Source: Cycas panzhihuaensis (taxonomy: Eukaryota > Plantae > Cycadophyta). Taken from it: a DNA stretch of 64,000 nucleotides. Below the pieces are notes generated by a model, which did not search any database, was not told where the DNA came from, and was given only the letters and a program-made list of their open reading frames with translations. The first letter of the stretch is position 1, and each line of letters begins with the position of its first letter. Shown piece by piece: positions 10,894 through 24,225 of the stretch. The stretch lies in NCBI GenBank assembly GCA_023213395.1, contig CM041465.1:46383741-46447740 (forward strand), read 5' to 3'. Position numbers and translations under genes: made by a program.

Positions 10894-12420
10894 ATGATGC
10901 CTTCTCAAGTGGAGTACAAGGCTACTAACCTTTCCATCCATAATCTCTCTGATAGAAGGCTCTCCTATCATGAGAGTAAGTTTCTAGACTTGGGACTCAA
11001 GTATATCCCTTGCCTGCCCCCTATGAAGGTTGATGAAATTATCAAAGAGTTTAACAACTTTGCCTGCCTTCTTTGGTTACATCATTTCTTTGGAAAGGAG
11101 GATGATAATAAGCAAATCGATCCTTTCAAGATACCTAACTCTAACTGGAACCCCCCTAGCAATTATCCTCCCTTAAAGAGGATAATCTAGATTGGAAAAG
11201 TAACTCTTTTAAAGAGGCTATATGACACAAAGAGAAAGGATATCGTTCCTTTCTCCCCTAAACTCAAGAAGGCTCTTTCCTCTCTACAAAGGGATAAGAG
11301 TATTTTCATCAACCCAGCTAATAAGAATCTCATAATGGTGGTGCTTAACAAATCTTAGTATGTTGAGGAGGCTATGAGGCAACTTTTGGATATGTTGGTT
11401 TATCAACAAGTAGATCAAGTTCCTTGGGACCACATGTGGTAGAGTTTACATCAGATCATCTATAGGTATCAGTCTATTCTGAGTAGTAAGATGAAGTTTC
11501 TCTTAAAGTATCCCCCCCAATCTACCCACCCTTGTGCCTTCTATCTCTTACTGAAAATCCATAAGCCTATTCTTGTTGGTTGTCCTATCTACAGTTACTA
11601 CCAATATCCCCTAGAACCTACCTCTAAATTTCTCCACTATATGATTCTTCCTATCCTCCTTCATTAGAAAAACCACCTTCCTAATTTTATTTCCCTTCTT
11701 TGATCTCTTTCAAATGTTAAATTTCCATCGAACATCCTTCTTTTCACCTTCGATGTTGTGTCCCTCTACCCTAGCATCCCTACCACTGAAGGCTTTTTTT
11801 CCCTCAAGGAGATGTTGACCAACTACTTTATTATAGATTAGGGTCAAAATCCTTCCTTTGTTATCTTCCTCTTAAAGCTATCAGAAATTGTGCTCAGGGA
11901 ACATTACCTTGAGTTCAATAGTCTCTATTTTAAATAGATCAGAGGCACAACCATTGGTAGTAACTTTTCTTTAATGTATGCCTACCTATTCCTCTGCCAT
12001 CTTGAGAAAACCTTAGAAGAAAAACTTAACCATCAAAACCTCTTATTTTATAAGCACTTCATTGATGATGCTTTTGGGATTTGGGATGGTTCAACTTCAA
12101 AGCTTCAAAATTACTTTGATCAGTATTAGTAAGTGTATCATAATAATATTAGGATCATCCGTATTGTCTCCAATAAATCCATCAACCTATTGGATATTAT
12201 TTTCTACAAGGATGATTATTTTGAGTCAACCAACCTTCTTTCAACCAGCTATTATTAGAATCCATTGAATGTGTATCAATACATCCCCTTTAGTTATTGG
12301 TACCCTAGGTACCAAAAGTCCAGTTTCATCATCAACGAGCTCCACATATTCCTCCTTAGAGAAAAAGAACCCAAGGGCTTCATAGAGATGAGGGATTTGT
12401 TCTACAAGAGATTAAGAGCC
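10894..12420 (+). pseudogene. Penelope-like reverse transcriptase
   Basis: IHNLSDRRLS..LDLGLKYIP; INPANKNL (DKG-motif variant); FYLLLKIHKP; TFDVVSLYPSIP (motif A, ~11746); *IRGTTIGS (motif B', ~11935); KHFIDDAFGIW (catalytic DD, 12058-12069); INLLDI; YQYIPFS. Confidence 0.92.
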
Positions 12421-15400
12421 TACATTTGAAGATCTGGTAGATTATCAAGCAATGCGAGGGTGAGGAGCATATAGATTCTAATATACATGAATTGTCCTCA
12501 TTTTGGAATGGAGATGATCCTTATCTACATGTATAAAATTATGTTCACTCATGGATAACTAATGAAATCTCAAAAACGAAATGGGCACAATGATAGGGGC
12601 TAATGTTTAAAGGAATTTTTGTAGTCTAATATAACTATTATGAGAAAGTAAAGTTAGTAGATTGAGATATAATGATCCAAAAATTTTATTAGACTTTTGT
12701 ATACCGCAATAAAGATAGATAAACTAAAGGTATTCTATAGATTTCTAAAGAAAACATAGTAGAAGAAGAAAAGAATTGCTTCTACAAAAATAGAGAAGAA
12801 GAAGAAGAGAATCAAACTTTTTCCCTAGGCTATTCTATAATAGAATATGGGGAATGCACCATAGATGATATTCCAACATGCAAGGTGAGTCTAGATGGAA
12901 AAATAGTAGAAGGGGAGAAGCTTAAATAACAGGAAATTAATATTGTAATAAAGGAGCAACCCTAAATCATTAATTTGCAAGATTATTAGGATGCAGAGAT
13001 GGTATAATAAGCTACCTCATTGTTTCTAGAATATAAAGATGTTTTTGCATTGTCTTATAAAGATTTAAAGGGCATTCTACATGAATTAGGAGAACATAAG
13101 ATATAATTAATAGAAGGGGCTAGACCTATAAGGCAATAATCATACCACATGAATCCAAAATACAAAGAAAATGTTAAAGTAAAACTCAATAAGTTGATTG
13201 AAGAAAATTATATTTTTGAGGTAGAGAATAACAAATGGGTGAGTTCAATTGTAGTTGTTTTGAAAAAGAATGGGAAACTTAGAGTCTGTGTGGATTACAG
13301 AGCTCTAAATAAAGAAAAAAAAAATAATCCATTCCCAATTCCATTCATTAAGGATATTTTAGAAAAAGCTATAAGATACAAAGTTTATTCATTCACAAAT
13401 GGATTTGGTGGATATAAGCAAGTGCATATTACCTTTATCATAAAATAGAGCATGCATACATTTATAGTTATATCATTCAGACTAACCAATGCCTTAGTTA
13501 TGTCTCAAAGAGTAATTTTCAATATTTTTAATCAAACTATTAGAAAAATAATTGAGGTATTTTTAGATGATTAGATATTATTCACTTTGTTAAAAAATCA
13601 TCTTGGCTATTTACATTTAATGCTCAAAACCTACAGAAAGAGAAAATTGTATTTGAACCTTGCAAAGTGTACATTTATGGTTCCTTTTAGGACTTTATTC
13701 AGTCATATGGTATCACAAAATGGATTGCTTATAGACCCTAATAAAGTAGCTGTGATCTTAAACTTTCACGTGCTTGAAATAGAAAAATAGATCAAAGGGT
13801 TCTTAGGAATAACAAGATATTAGTGAAAGTTCATAAAAAAATTTATACTCAGATAGCTATTAGAAGCCTTGCTGAAAAAGAAAGCTGGGTGGCAATGGAA
13901 ATTACAGTAATAACTTGCATTTAAGCTTTTAGAGGAGAAGATCATCTAGGCACTAATACTATGATTTCCTAATTGGGACAAACCATTCCATATACATATA
14001 GATGCCTCTTTACTTACTATTGCATGTGTATTAACACAACTAGAAGATAATAAAGTAGATTTGTCGATATACTTTATAAATTACAAGTTAATAGAAGTAG
14101 AACAAAATTATTCAATAACTGAATGAGAAGGCTTGGGTATAATCTATGCCCTTCAAAAATTTAGGCATTATTTACAAGTTAATCTAGTTTTTTTTTTTTT
14201 TTTTTTTTTTTGTAGACCACTAAACCTTATAGCACTTGGTTAATAAACCCATTTTACAAGGAAGAATCAGCCAATGGTTGATGTTATTCCAAGAGTTCAA
14301 CTTTAAAATTATGGCGAAAAGAAGAGATAAGTATGTAATCCTAAACCTTTTATCAAGGGACTCAAAAGGAGAACCAGCTATGGGAATTTAGGATAACTTT
14401 CCAGATGTAGAATTATTCTCTATTGAAGTAGTACCTAAATGGTACATATAGATTACATAATATTTGTCTACAGGATAAACACCATCAGGCATGGAATGCA
14501 TAGAATGACAAAGTTTTATTCCAAAAACATTTCCCTTTCAATTAATTCAAGGGATGATATACAAGTTAGGACCATACCATGTGTTGAGGTGATGTATAAT
14601 GGAACATGAAGTAGAAGTTATCATCAAAGAAGCCCATAAAGTTGTGACAATAAAGCATCAAGGTGTCAAACCCATAGCTAAAAAAATTTTATTAGCTAAA
14701 CTTTAATGGTCTACATTAATTTAGGATGTGGAAAATTAGATTTATAATTGTGACACATGCTAATGAGTTAAGAAACCAACATAGAATCATTTGATGCCTT
14801 TATATCCCATTCTAGCCCATGTACCATTTAAAAAATGGAGACTAGATTTTGTCAGACTTATTAGTCCACTAGTTAGATGAACAAATGCAAGATATATTTT
14901 AGTGGCTACGGATTTCTTGACCAAATGGATAGATGTAAAACTAATGAGAATATGCAATGCCCAAAGTACAACTTAATCCTTATATGAAATTATCATCATT
15001 TGATTTGGTTGTCCCTTAGAAATTGTTTCTAATCAAGGAAGTAATTTTTTAAATGAGATAATCGAGTATCTTACAAAGGAGTTTATGATTTAACATTCTA
15101 AATATTCTCCATATTATCCTCAAGTAAATGGATAATTGGAGAGCATGAATAAAATTTTAAAATTAACATTATCTAAAATCTGTAATAAAGGGAGAATAGA
15201 TTAGGTAGAGTGACTCTATTTGGTATTATGGACAGACAAAACAACAGTAAAAAGACCACATAAAAAAACACTATTCCAGTTAGTTTATGGTTTAGAAATA
15301 GTACTTCCTCTTGAATTCCAAATAGAAAGCCTAAGAGTGGCCTTACAGTTAATACTACTAGAGGAAGATTTAAGGGAGTAGTGACTTACTGAATTAATGA

Positions 15401-15735
15401 GAATGGATAAGAAAAGAACCAGGGTTTTATGAAAGTTGAAAGTAAAGAAATGAAGACGCAAAACATGGCATGATCGATATCTCAAAGTATCTAAGTTCTA
15501 AGATGGAGATCTTGTATTTTTATAAGATAGTAAATTTCATATAAAGTAAAAAAAATAAAGTTTCGATGGCTTGGTCCATATAAGGTAAATTGTATTAGGC
15601 CTAATAGAGTAATACAACTCCAATAACTTGATGGAACATTACTCGAAAAAGTAGTCAATGGAAGTTGACTAAAATGGTACATGGTAAGTTATATATATAT
15701 ACATACAGACACATGAGGGAAAACCATGGGAGCAA
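12421..15735 (+). mobile_element. pol: Gypsy B, non-chromovirus pol fragment (RT-RH-INT); no LTR seen
   Basis: MNPKYKENVK...WVSSIVVVLKKNGKLRVCVDYRALN (13149-13448), RT end 13587-13790, GRISQWLMLFQEFNF near 14260, integrase to ~15690. Related to, but distinct from, Gypsy A. Confidence 0.88.
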
Positions 15736-17079
15736 ATATTTCTTAATCATTTCAAAATATGGAGACTTTATTACAATATTAACAGAAACTGATTACAACT
15801 TGGGATATGGTATGAATGTAGGACGATAGATGTAATATATGAGACACTTATGGATCTATTTAAAGGGATCCAAAGTCCATTATATATTACAATTTTGTAT
15901 CAATATAATCTATATTTCTATCAAGGGATTTTATCAAAAGTTTTTCCATATCAATTTTATTATTGTGTGCTTATTGTATACATAAATGATATATTTATCT
16001 ATGGTTTCTAAAATAAATCTTATGAAAGTTAGAAAGAATAAAATATATTTATGACAAGAAAATACTTACAATTATGTATACCATCCACCAATAGTGACAA
16101 TACTTATTAGATAGTAAATTCTTCATCAAGACAATTCATGATAGCCTCAAGCATTTCTTTAATCAAGGCTTCTTATCAGATGAACAATAAAATTGGATAA
16201 GTGAGCTACAATATTTTACTTTTTATGTCATCTATAAGAAGGAAAAAGAGAGCATGGTTCCAAATTTATTATCTAGGATTTTGGAATAATTGACATGCTA
16301 GGTTATCTCAGTGGTCAAACCTAACTAGATATAAGAATTAGCATGATAGTACAAGGAAGATCTAACATTATAATAGGTACTCTAGAAGGTTTAAGAAGGA
16401 ATACATATAGACTATAAATTACAAAATGATTTGACATTACATTAGGGAAATATCGATATCCCTTATGCCTGAACACTCAAGGAGAAGTTTCTTTAAGAAG
16501 TTCATGTGACACTATTGATGGGAAGCATAGGCATCAATAAAATATATTATTAAATCTATAATATACATTTTTGGAAGGGATTAAAGGTAGATGTCTAAAG
16601 TTGATTTTTTAGTGTGATATTTATTAAAGAAATAAAAGGAAAAATGATAAAATTCTAGGATTACTTTAACCATTATATATGCTAAAATAAAAATAGGAAG
16701 ATTAATGAATTTTATTGTAAGTCTCCCTAAATTAGAGGGTAGAGATTTAATATTTATTATAGTATATTGATTGACCAAGCATGCATACTTTAAAGGTTTG
16801 TAATCCATAATTAAGGCTAGTCATGTCATCAATTTATTTGTTAAAGAAATCCATAGACTGAATGGTTTTTCCAAGGTTATAGTAAGTAATCATGACCCAA
16901 AATTCACAGGAAACTTTTGGGAAGAGATGTTTTAACAGGTAGGAACCAAACCCATTATGAGAACAACATATAATTCCTAAACAAATAGATATATAAAAGT
17001 AGTAAATAAATGTTTGGAAGGCTATTGATGATTTTTTTCATCTAATAAACAATAATTCTAGCACAAGTGGTTACATCTC

Positions 17080-17512
17080 TATTAGATTGTATAATGTAAA
17101 CTTATGTAATTATTTATGTCACATGTCTAAAATACAAATTAAGTCATTATAATATTTTTATCTTAGGTAGATTTAATTAAACTTGTGGAAGGTCGTTGAA
17201 TTTGCGAAACTACATTTCAACGAACCTCCTTGGTACTTAACCTCCTAAATTCCTGGAATAGGTCAGCCAGGAATCTAGGAGGGCTGTCCTAATGCCTCAA
17301 GGCTGGTCTGCATTTCTGGTGTAGTTTCTTTACATGGTTTTATGTTCTATATTTTCATTAATAAAATTAGATAACTTAGGAGGTGGTTTTTTCTTCACCA
17401 AAAGGGGTTTTTCCACCTGTCAATCTGTGTATATGTGCAGTGTCATTTGTTGCCTGTAATTGCTTTACTGTGATCCTGTCATGACATTGTTCATATGCCT
17501 ATTTTTCTTACA
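17080..17512 (+). repeat. 5' LTR of Copia 1
   Basis: Highly similar to 24226-24653; termini TA...CA; followed directly by the PBS. Confidence 0.95.
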
Positions 17513-18547
17513 TGGTATCAGAGTGTAGTATGCCTGTTTTTTATCTTATGCCTCTTATTTGATTTTTTTTTATTAACAATTCAAAATTTTTTTTTGGTCA
17601 ACTGATCATGTATTCAAAACCAAGTCTTTTTTAAAACCACCATTAAGGCAAAAAACCCTCATTCAACAATAGTTTTTTCAGACAAATAGCCTTTTATACA
17701 AACAAGTCCTTTATTTAAACTGCCATTAAGACAGATTTTTTTTTACATATCAGTCCATAGATTTTTTTTTTACATCAAAACCTATACAGGCAGAGCTGAA
17801 CAAAAACGAAACCTGCCATTAAGGTAGAGTCAAACAAAAAGAAACTTGCCATTAAGGCAGAATTGTACAAAAAAAAAAAAACACGCCATTAAGGCGTAAC
17901 TGCATAAAAGAAACCATCACTGAAAGTAATATGTCTAGTGCCCTATTCAATTCTCCTTTCTTTTTTATACTCTATTTTCCTATGACGGCAGAGGTGTAGT
18001 AGGTCCTCGTATAATAGGGTTTATAACCATGCAACAGCCCCATGTATAGCAGCACCGCCAAATCACGTATTCAGCAACTTTGTTTTTAGGCCATTTCTTT
18101 CCAAATCTTGGCCAACAAGGTCTTACAGTTCCTCCGAGGGATAAAGTTGTCATCCTTGGAGACAAAAATACTAAAGTTATGTATGTGAAGGAAGATGATC
18201 CTCAGAATTTGAACAAGAACTTTTTCTTAAAGCTTTTCTGCCAACATCTGCTCCTTTAATGAGCTTGTAGCCCTGTGGGAGAAAAAGACTGGGAAGACTC
18301 TTGAGAAGGTCTATGTACCCGAGGAGCAAGTGCTCAAATCTTTTGCAGAAACCCTTTACAGAAACATCAATCCTCCTCCTGTCAGAACACTAAAGAAGGG
18401 CCACAACATTCAACACATTCTATAAAATAAAAAGGGGAACAAAAACAAAGAAGGGCCACAGGGTTGCTTCAAGCCCCAGATACCAAAATTCTAAAGCATG
18501 AGCCAGACGGAGAATCCCTGAAACGTCTGGCCGTCAAAGCTTGTCGA

Positions 18548-18720
18548 AGTTTGGACAGTGAAGAGAAGCCTAGACAGAGAAGAGAAGTTTGGATAGTGAA
18601 GAGAAGCATGGACAGAGAACAGAAGCCTGGACAGAGAAGATAAGCTGTGCTCTTACAAAGTCTGGACAGTGAAGAGAAGCTTGGACAAAAAGGATAAGCT
18701 GCGTTCTTACAAAGTCTGGA
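18548..18720 (+). repeat. Degenerate ~18-20 bp tandem repeats in the Copia 1 leader
   Basis: Recurring gaagagaagcctggacag / aagtttggacagt units. Confidence 0.8.
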
Positions 18721-19935
18721 TGCTGGATGCCATCATCGAACCTGCACAGACAAGAATCACGTTGCCTCGAATGCGATGAGGAGAAACAGGTAGGGCTTTT
18801 AACCTAACCCCCCCTCCCAGATTTTAATTTGTATTACTTTTTAACTTACTTTGTTAAAAACTAAATTCCCGTCAGGTCCGCCGACCTTTCTTTTCTAATT
18901 TTCTTTATTTTTGATTTTATAAATAATACCCCCCCCCCCCCCCCTTTATATTATATCTTGATTAAATTCAAATACCCCCTTTTAACTTTATAAAACACCT
19001 TTTATTTTTTTGATTCAAATGAATCAAAACCCTCCCTCTTAAATTTTATAAAGTTTTTTATTTTTTTCTCAAATCAATTTGTTGATTTCAACTATAATGA
19101 CTTAATTACTTTGATTTCAATCAAAGTCTTACCCCTCTTATTAAGTTATTTTTTAATTTATCTTGATTCAAATGAATCATTATTGAGAATTTTATACTTT
19201 AATATAAATCAAAGTTTTCCCCTGTCAAAGTTAACACTTTGATTTAAATCAAAAATTCCTTTTATATTAATACTTTAACCCCCCCACCTCATGTTGTATT
19301 TGACACTTCGATTAAAACCCCCCCACATTATATACTTTGATTTTAAGGAAATCCCTCCCCCCCCTCCACATTATATTTCATATTTTAATTATCCCTTCCC
19401 TTAGATTCTTTTTTATTATTTTAACAAACTTTAAAACCCTTCCTATAATACTTTGTTAAATTAACTCAATACCCCCTTTATTTGTAATACAAACATTGTT
19501 TACAAAATCCTATGCTCTTAAGCCTACCTCCTATAAGATATATATAAATCTTTTTATTACCACTCTTTAAAACTTGTTAACGAGTAAATTTAACCATAAT
19601 CTAATTAATCCTTCACCATTATATCTTTTATTTTTCTTTTAACACCTAATCTATAAGATTCAAACTTAATTTTAAAATTTTATACACTTTTGTTTATAAA
19701 AAGGGGAAACAATTTATTTTTTTTTCTCTAAAGGGATTTTTCCTAAGAGGGATTATTTTTTCTAAAAGAAATTTTTTTTGTCAAATATAATTGCTTAATT
19801 GTTGTCTGTTTCTGTGTAAAAACCTATGATTTTTTTTTTTAATGAAGATGTCCTTGTAAAGATTAGTGTTTTTTAAGTAGTTATTAGGTCACCTTCATAA
19901 TTTTTAATCTTTAAATACACCTCAACATTCCCAAT

Positions 19936-22900
19936 ATGGCAGTAATGCCAGGGGCAATCACCTGTGTTCTAATTCCAGTGTTAACTGGCTCAAACTATGC
20001 CGACTGGAGGAATCGCATATCCCATAAGCTTAAATAGCAAAAAGTATGGCGATATGTAACAAGTGAATTTCAAAAACCAAAAGCTGATGCTACTGAGAAT
20101 CTTATGGTATATCTGATGAACTCAGATGCCGCATTAGGCACCATATTAAATTCTCTTTCACCAAAAATCAGTCGGTAGTTTTTTGAAAAAGATGACTTAG
20201 CCACTGTCTGGAAAACCTTGGAAGAAAAATATGACAAGGTTGATACACATCAAGTAGCAATCCTAGAAGAGCAACTATATAATCTTACCTTTGATGACTT
20301 TACAAATGTTGAGGATTTCTTAACAAAAATTTAATCAATCAATAAAGATTTAGATAATTGTATTAAATCAAAAACCAAGGAAGGTGATATAGAAAAAATA
20401 ACTACGCATGTCAAAGATGATGACACTCTCGTATGTCTTGCAGTCAATAAATTACTAAAACACTTCAATCTTTACCAAGCTGCCAGACAACAAGCTGGTA
20501 ATCCACCCATCACATTCAATTAGCTGACAAATCAGCTGATTGAACATCAAATAATGTTAATCAGAACCGATGCAATAAAAGATCAATTACAGGCTTTATT
20601 TTCTAAAACTAAGCCACAATTTAAACATAAACAATAGAATAATAATATTCATAATAACAATAAAAAATACCAGAAACCTCATCGAGGTTCACCTTATAAT
20701 ACTCACAATAATGTTAAATATTCTGGTCCAACTAAAAACCAGAATACTTCTAATCAATACGTTTCTAATAGAAACAATGCATCTTCTTCTCAGAACTCTA
20801 GTTATGCCTAATGTCATAAAAGAGGCCATACTATTGATATCTGTAGAAGTAGAATAGCCTCAAAAGCATGGAAAACTTCCAAGGGACTGCAAAATAAACA
20901 GCAATCCCATCCTCAATCTCATTTCCAATCAAACTCTCAAGCACAATCACAAAATCGTCAATTTCATAACCGTTCCTTAGCAGCAACAACTTCTGCGTTT
21001 GTTGCTTCTTCCAATCAACCACCTCAATAGATCATTGACTTTGGTGCATCCCATCATATGACTGGACACCAAAAAAACTTATCCACCTATTAATTTGAAA
21101 CGAACTCTGAAGAAGAAATTTCATTTGGTAGTGGTAATCAACTCAAAGTTAAAGGATCTGGGGACGTTATCCTGAAGGATGATTCAATCAAGGACATTTT
21201 TTACGTACCTGGTTTGTTACCAAACCTTCTCTCAGTATATCAAATTTGCCAAAAAGACCTTGTAGTCGAATTCTAGAAAAATAAATTTGTCATTAAAGAT
21301 CCATTACACAAGTTCAAATGTATTACTTCAGGACTTGTTAATCATAATACAGGTCTCTATAGCATGATTAGTTTTTAAAATAATAAATCAAAATCATTTA
21401 GTGCCTTCATTGCGAAATTTGACTATGTCAACAAACTTTGGCATGCAAGATTTGGCCATACTAGTTATGGCAAATTGTAATATTTAATCAAGCATGAAAT
21501 GGTTCATGGTTTACCACCATTAAACACTATTTATGGTGTTTGTGAAGCCTGTGTGACAGGCAAACAACACATGGATCTATTTCCACATAAAACTTAATTC
21601 TGAGCTACTGTTCCACTAGAACTTGTCCACTCTGATATATGTGGACCTTTTTATATTCCATCATATTCAGGATCTCATTATTTCATTATATTCATTGATG
21701 ATTATTCAAGAAAATGTTGGGTTTATATGCTCAAAACACGCAGTCAAGTGTTTGACATTTTCATTGAATATAAAACATTAGTGGAAAATCAATCCAATTC
21801 AAAAATTAAAATATTCCAATCTGATAATGCTAAGGAATATTTAAGTAAAAATTTCATCTCTCTCTGTAAATCAAATGGAATTAAATTCCAACATTTAGTT
21901 GTATATACAGCTCAACAACACGGTGTTGCGAAATACAAAAACTGTACTCTTATTGAAATGACTCGTTGCATGTTACATGCAAAGAATCTCGATATAAAAT
22001 TATGGGTAGAAGCAATTAACTGCTCTAATTACTTATTAAACTGTTTACCCAGTAAAAGTATACAAAATGTCACTCCAGAACAAAAATGGTCTGAAAGGAA
22101 ACCGTCTGTTCAACACTTACTAATATTCGGTAGTATCGCCTAGGGACATATTCCTCATGAAAAATGTAAAAAGCTAGATAAAATAAGTCAAAAATACATC
22201 TTCATTAGCTATAGTGAAGAAAGTAAAGCATATAGACTTTTAGATCTAATCACGTATAATATTTCTATTTTGCGTGATGTAGTATTTGATGAAGAAGGAT
22301 CTACTTCAACATCTACTTATGTAGAAATCCTTGTTAAAAACTTATTAACCAACACTCATTTGGTTGATGATTCTGAAAAACAAGTTGATTCAAACATCAT
22401 AGATTCTTTATCAACTCAAGTCCAAAATTAGCCTTTATTAGAACCAGCTGATATAGATTCTTCTCTTCAACCTAGCACATCGAATCAACCTACAACCTCA
22501 GATTTAGTTACTCATAAGCAATCAACTTAGGCAACCAAAATGCTTGCTGATGCTGGATCTAATGTAGGTAATCCTACTAATACTAAGTGCACATGTGCGC
22601 AAAAACTTTATGCAAATTTTGCTTTAGTAGCAAAAATAATGGAAAACAATGATCCCAAAACCTTTAAACAAGCCAGCAACAATCTTGTCTGGCAAGATGC
22701 TATGCAAACCGAATTTGCTGCCTTAATAAAAAATTCTACCTAGGATCTTGTTCCACTTCCACCTAGAAAAAATATAGTTGACCGTAATTGGGTTTATAGA
22801 ACTAAATATAATTCAACAGGCGAAGTGGAAAAATATAAAGCTCGTCTTGTTGCCAAAGGATTTTCCCAAATAGATAGCATTGACTATAATGAAACCTTTG

Positions 22901-24180
22901 CACCTATTGTAAAAATGAACACAATCAAGACCATCATTGCTCTTACAGCAAAATTTGGTTGGGAAATCCACCAAATGGATGTTAAGAGTGCCTTCTTGAA
23001 TGGTGATCTCAAAGAAGAGATCTACATGTCACAGCCACCTGGATTCATTGAAAATCCTAATTTAGTCTGTAAACTAAAAAAATCCATTTATGGTTTAAAA
23101 TAAGCTCCTTAAGCTTGGTATACTAAAGTTGATGATTACTTAATCCACATTGGATACACTAGATGTATTAGTAATCCAAATCTCTACTTTAAACACATTC
23201 TAATTATTTATGTTGATGATATTATTATCACTGGATCATCAACTCACAATATTCATCAGCTCAAATCAACCTTAATGAACAAATTTGAAATGACAGATTT
23301 AGGACTATTACATTATTTTCTAGGTTTACAAATTTATCAAAATCAATCAAATATATCACTATCTCAACCTAAGTATATTCTTGATTTACTCCAGAGGTTT
23401 AACATGGAAAATGCTAAACCTGTAACCAATCCTTTACAATCAGGAGTTAAACTAACTACTAATTGTTCAACTCTGTTATGTGATCAAACTCTTTATAGAC
23501 AACTTATTGGTAGTCTAATTTATCTTACACACACCCGCCCTGACATTTCTTATGCTGTTGCTTTATGTTCCAGATACATGTAACAACCACATGAATCTCA
23601 CTAGAAAGCAGCTAAATAAATCTTACGTTATCTAAAGAATACCATATTTTATAGTTTAATTTATAACTTTTGTACTAAACCATTAACATTAACCGGATAT
23701 ATTGACTCCGATTGGGCAGGTGATTCAAATGATCGTAAATCTACTTTTGGTTATGTATTTTTTATTGACTCCTCACCTATTACTTGGTCAAGTAAAAAAA
23801 TGCAGGCACTGACATTATCAACAACTGAAGCTGAATATCGAGCATTAGTCGAAGCTGGTAAAGAAGCACTTTGGCTAAAATCTTTACTCAATGAAATTGG
23901 TCTGACTCTAAACTCTTCAATTGAAATTAAAGTTAATAATCAATGTGCAATTGTTATTACTTCTAATTTTGTTTCACATTTTAGAACTAAACATATAGAA
24001 TTACATTAACATTTTATATGTAATTTAGTTACTAATAATATTATTTGTTTGTCTTATTGTCCAATAGATTTACAGATTGCCGATATACTTACAAAGTCTC
24101 TAACTGAAGTGAAGTATTTACATCTTAGAGATTTATTAGAGATAAAAGAAGTCTCCATCAAAGGGGGATCATCATGCTGA
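19936..24180 (+). pseudogene. gag-pol: Copia 1 gag-pol (gag, zinc knuckle, PR, INT, RT, RH) with premature stops
   Basis: ATG 19936 (...LTGSNYADW), CHKRGHTIDIC ~20810, IIDFGASHHMTG ~21030, VHSDICGP ~21625, KYKARLVAKGF, HQMDVKSAFLNG, YVDD ~23210, DSDWAG, RTKHIE. Confidence 0.95.
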
Positions 24181-24225
24181 AGATCTTCTTTTCTCTCCAG
24201 TACAAAAGGTTACATTAAAGGGGGA

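Larger units (their letters stand above)
7811..12420 (+). mobile_element. Penelope-like retroelement (PLE), apparently endonuclease-deficient; partial-tandem/permuted, 3'-truncated
   Basis: PLE-type RT motifs in 10894-12420. The RT C-terminus recurs at 7840-8362 (direct repeat 7840-7919 = 12341-12420). Hammerhead motif at 8641-8680. Inverted 5' segment at 7811-7838. Absent from the homologous Gypsy A2 site (~36584). Confidence 0.9.
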
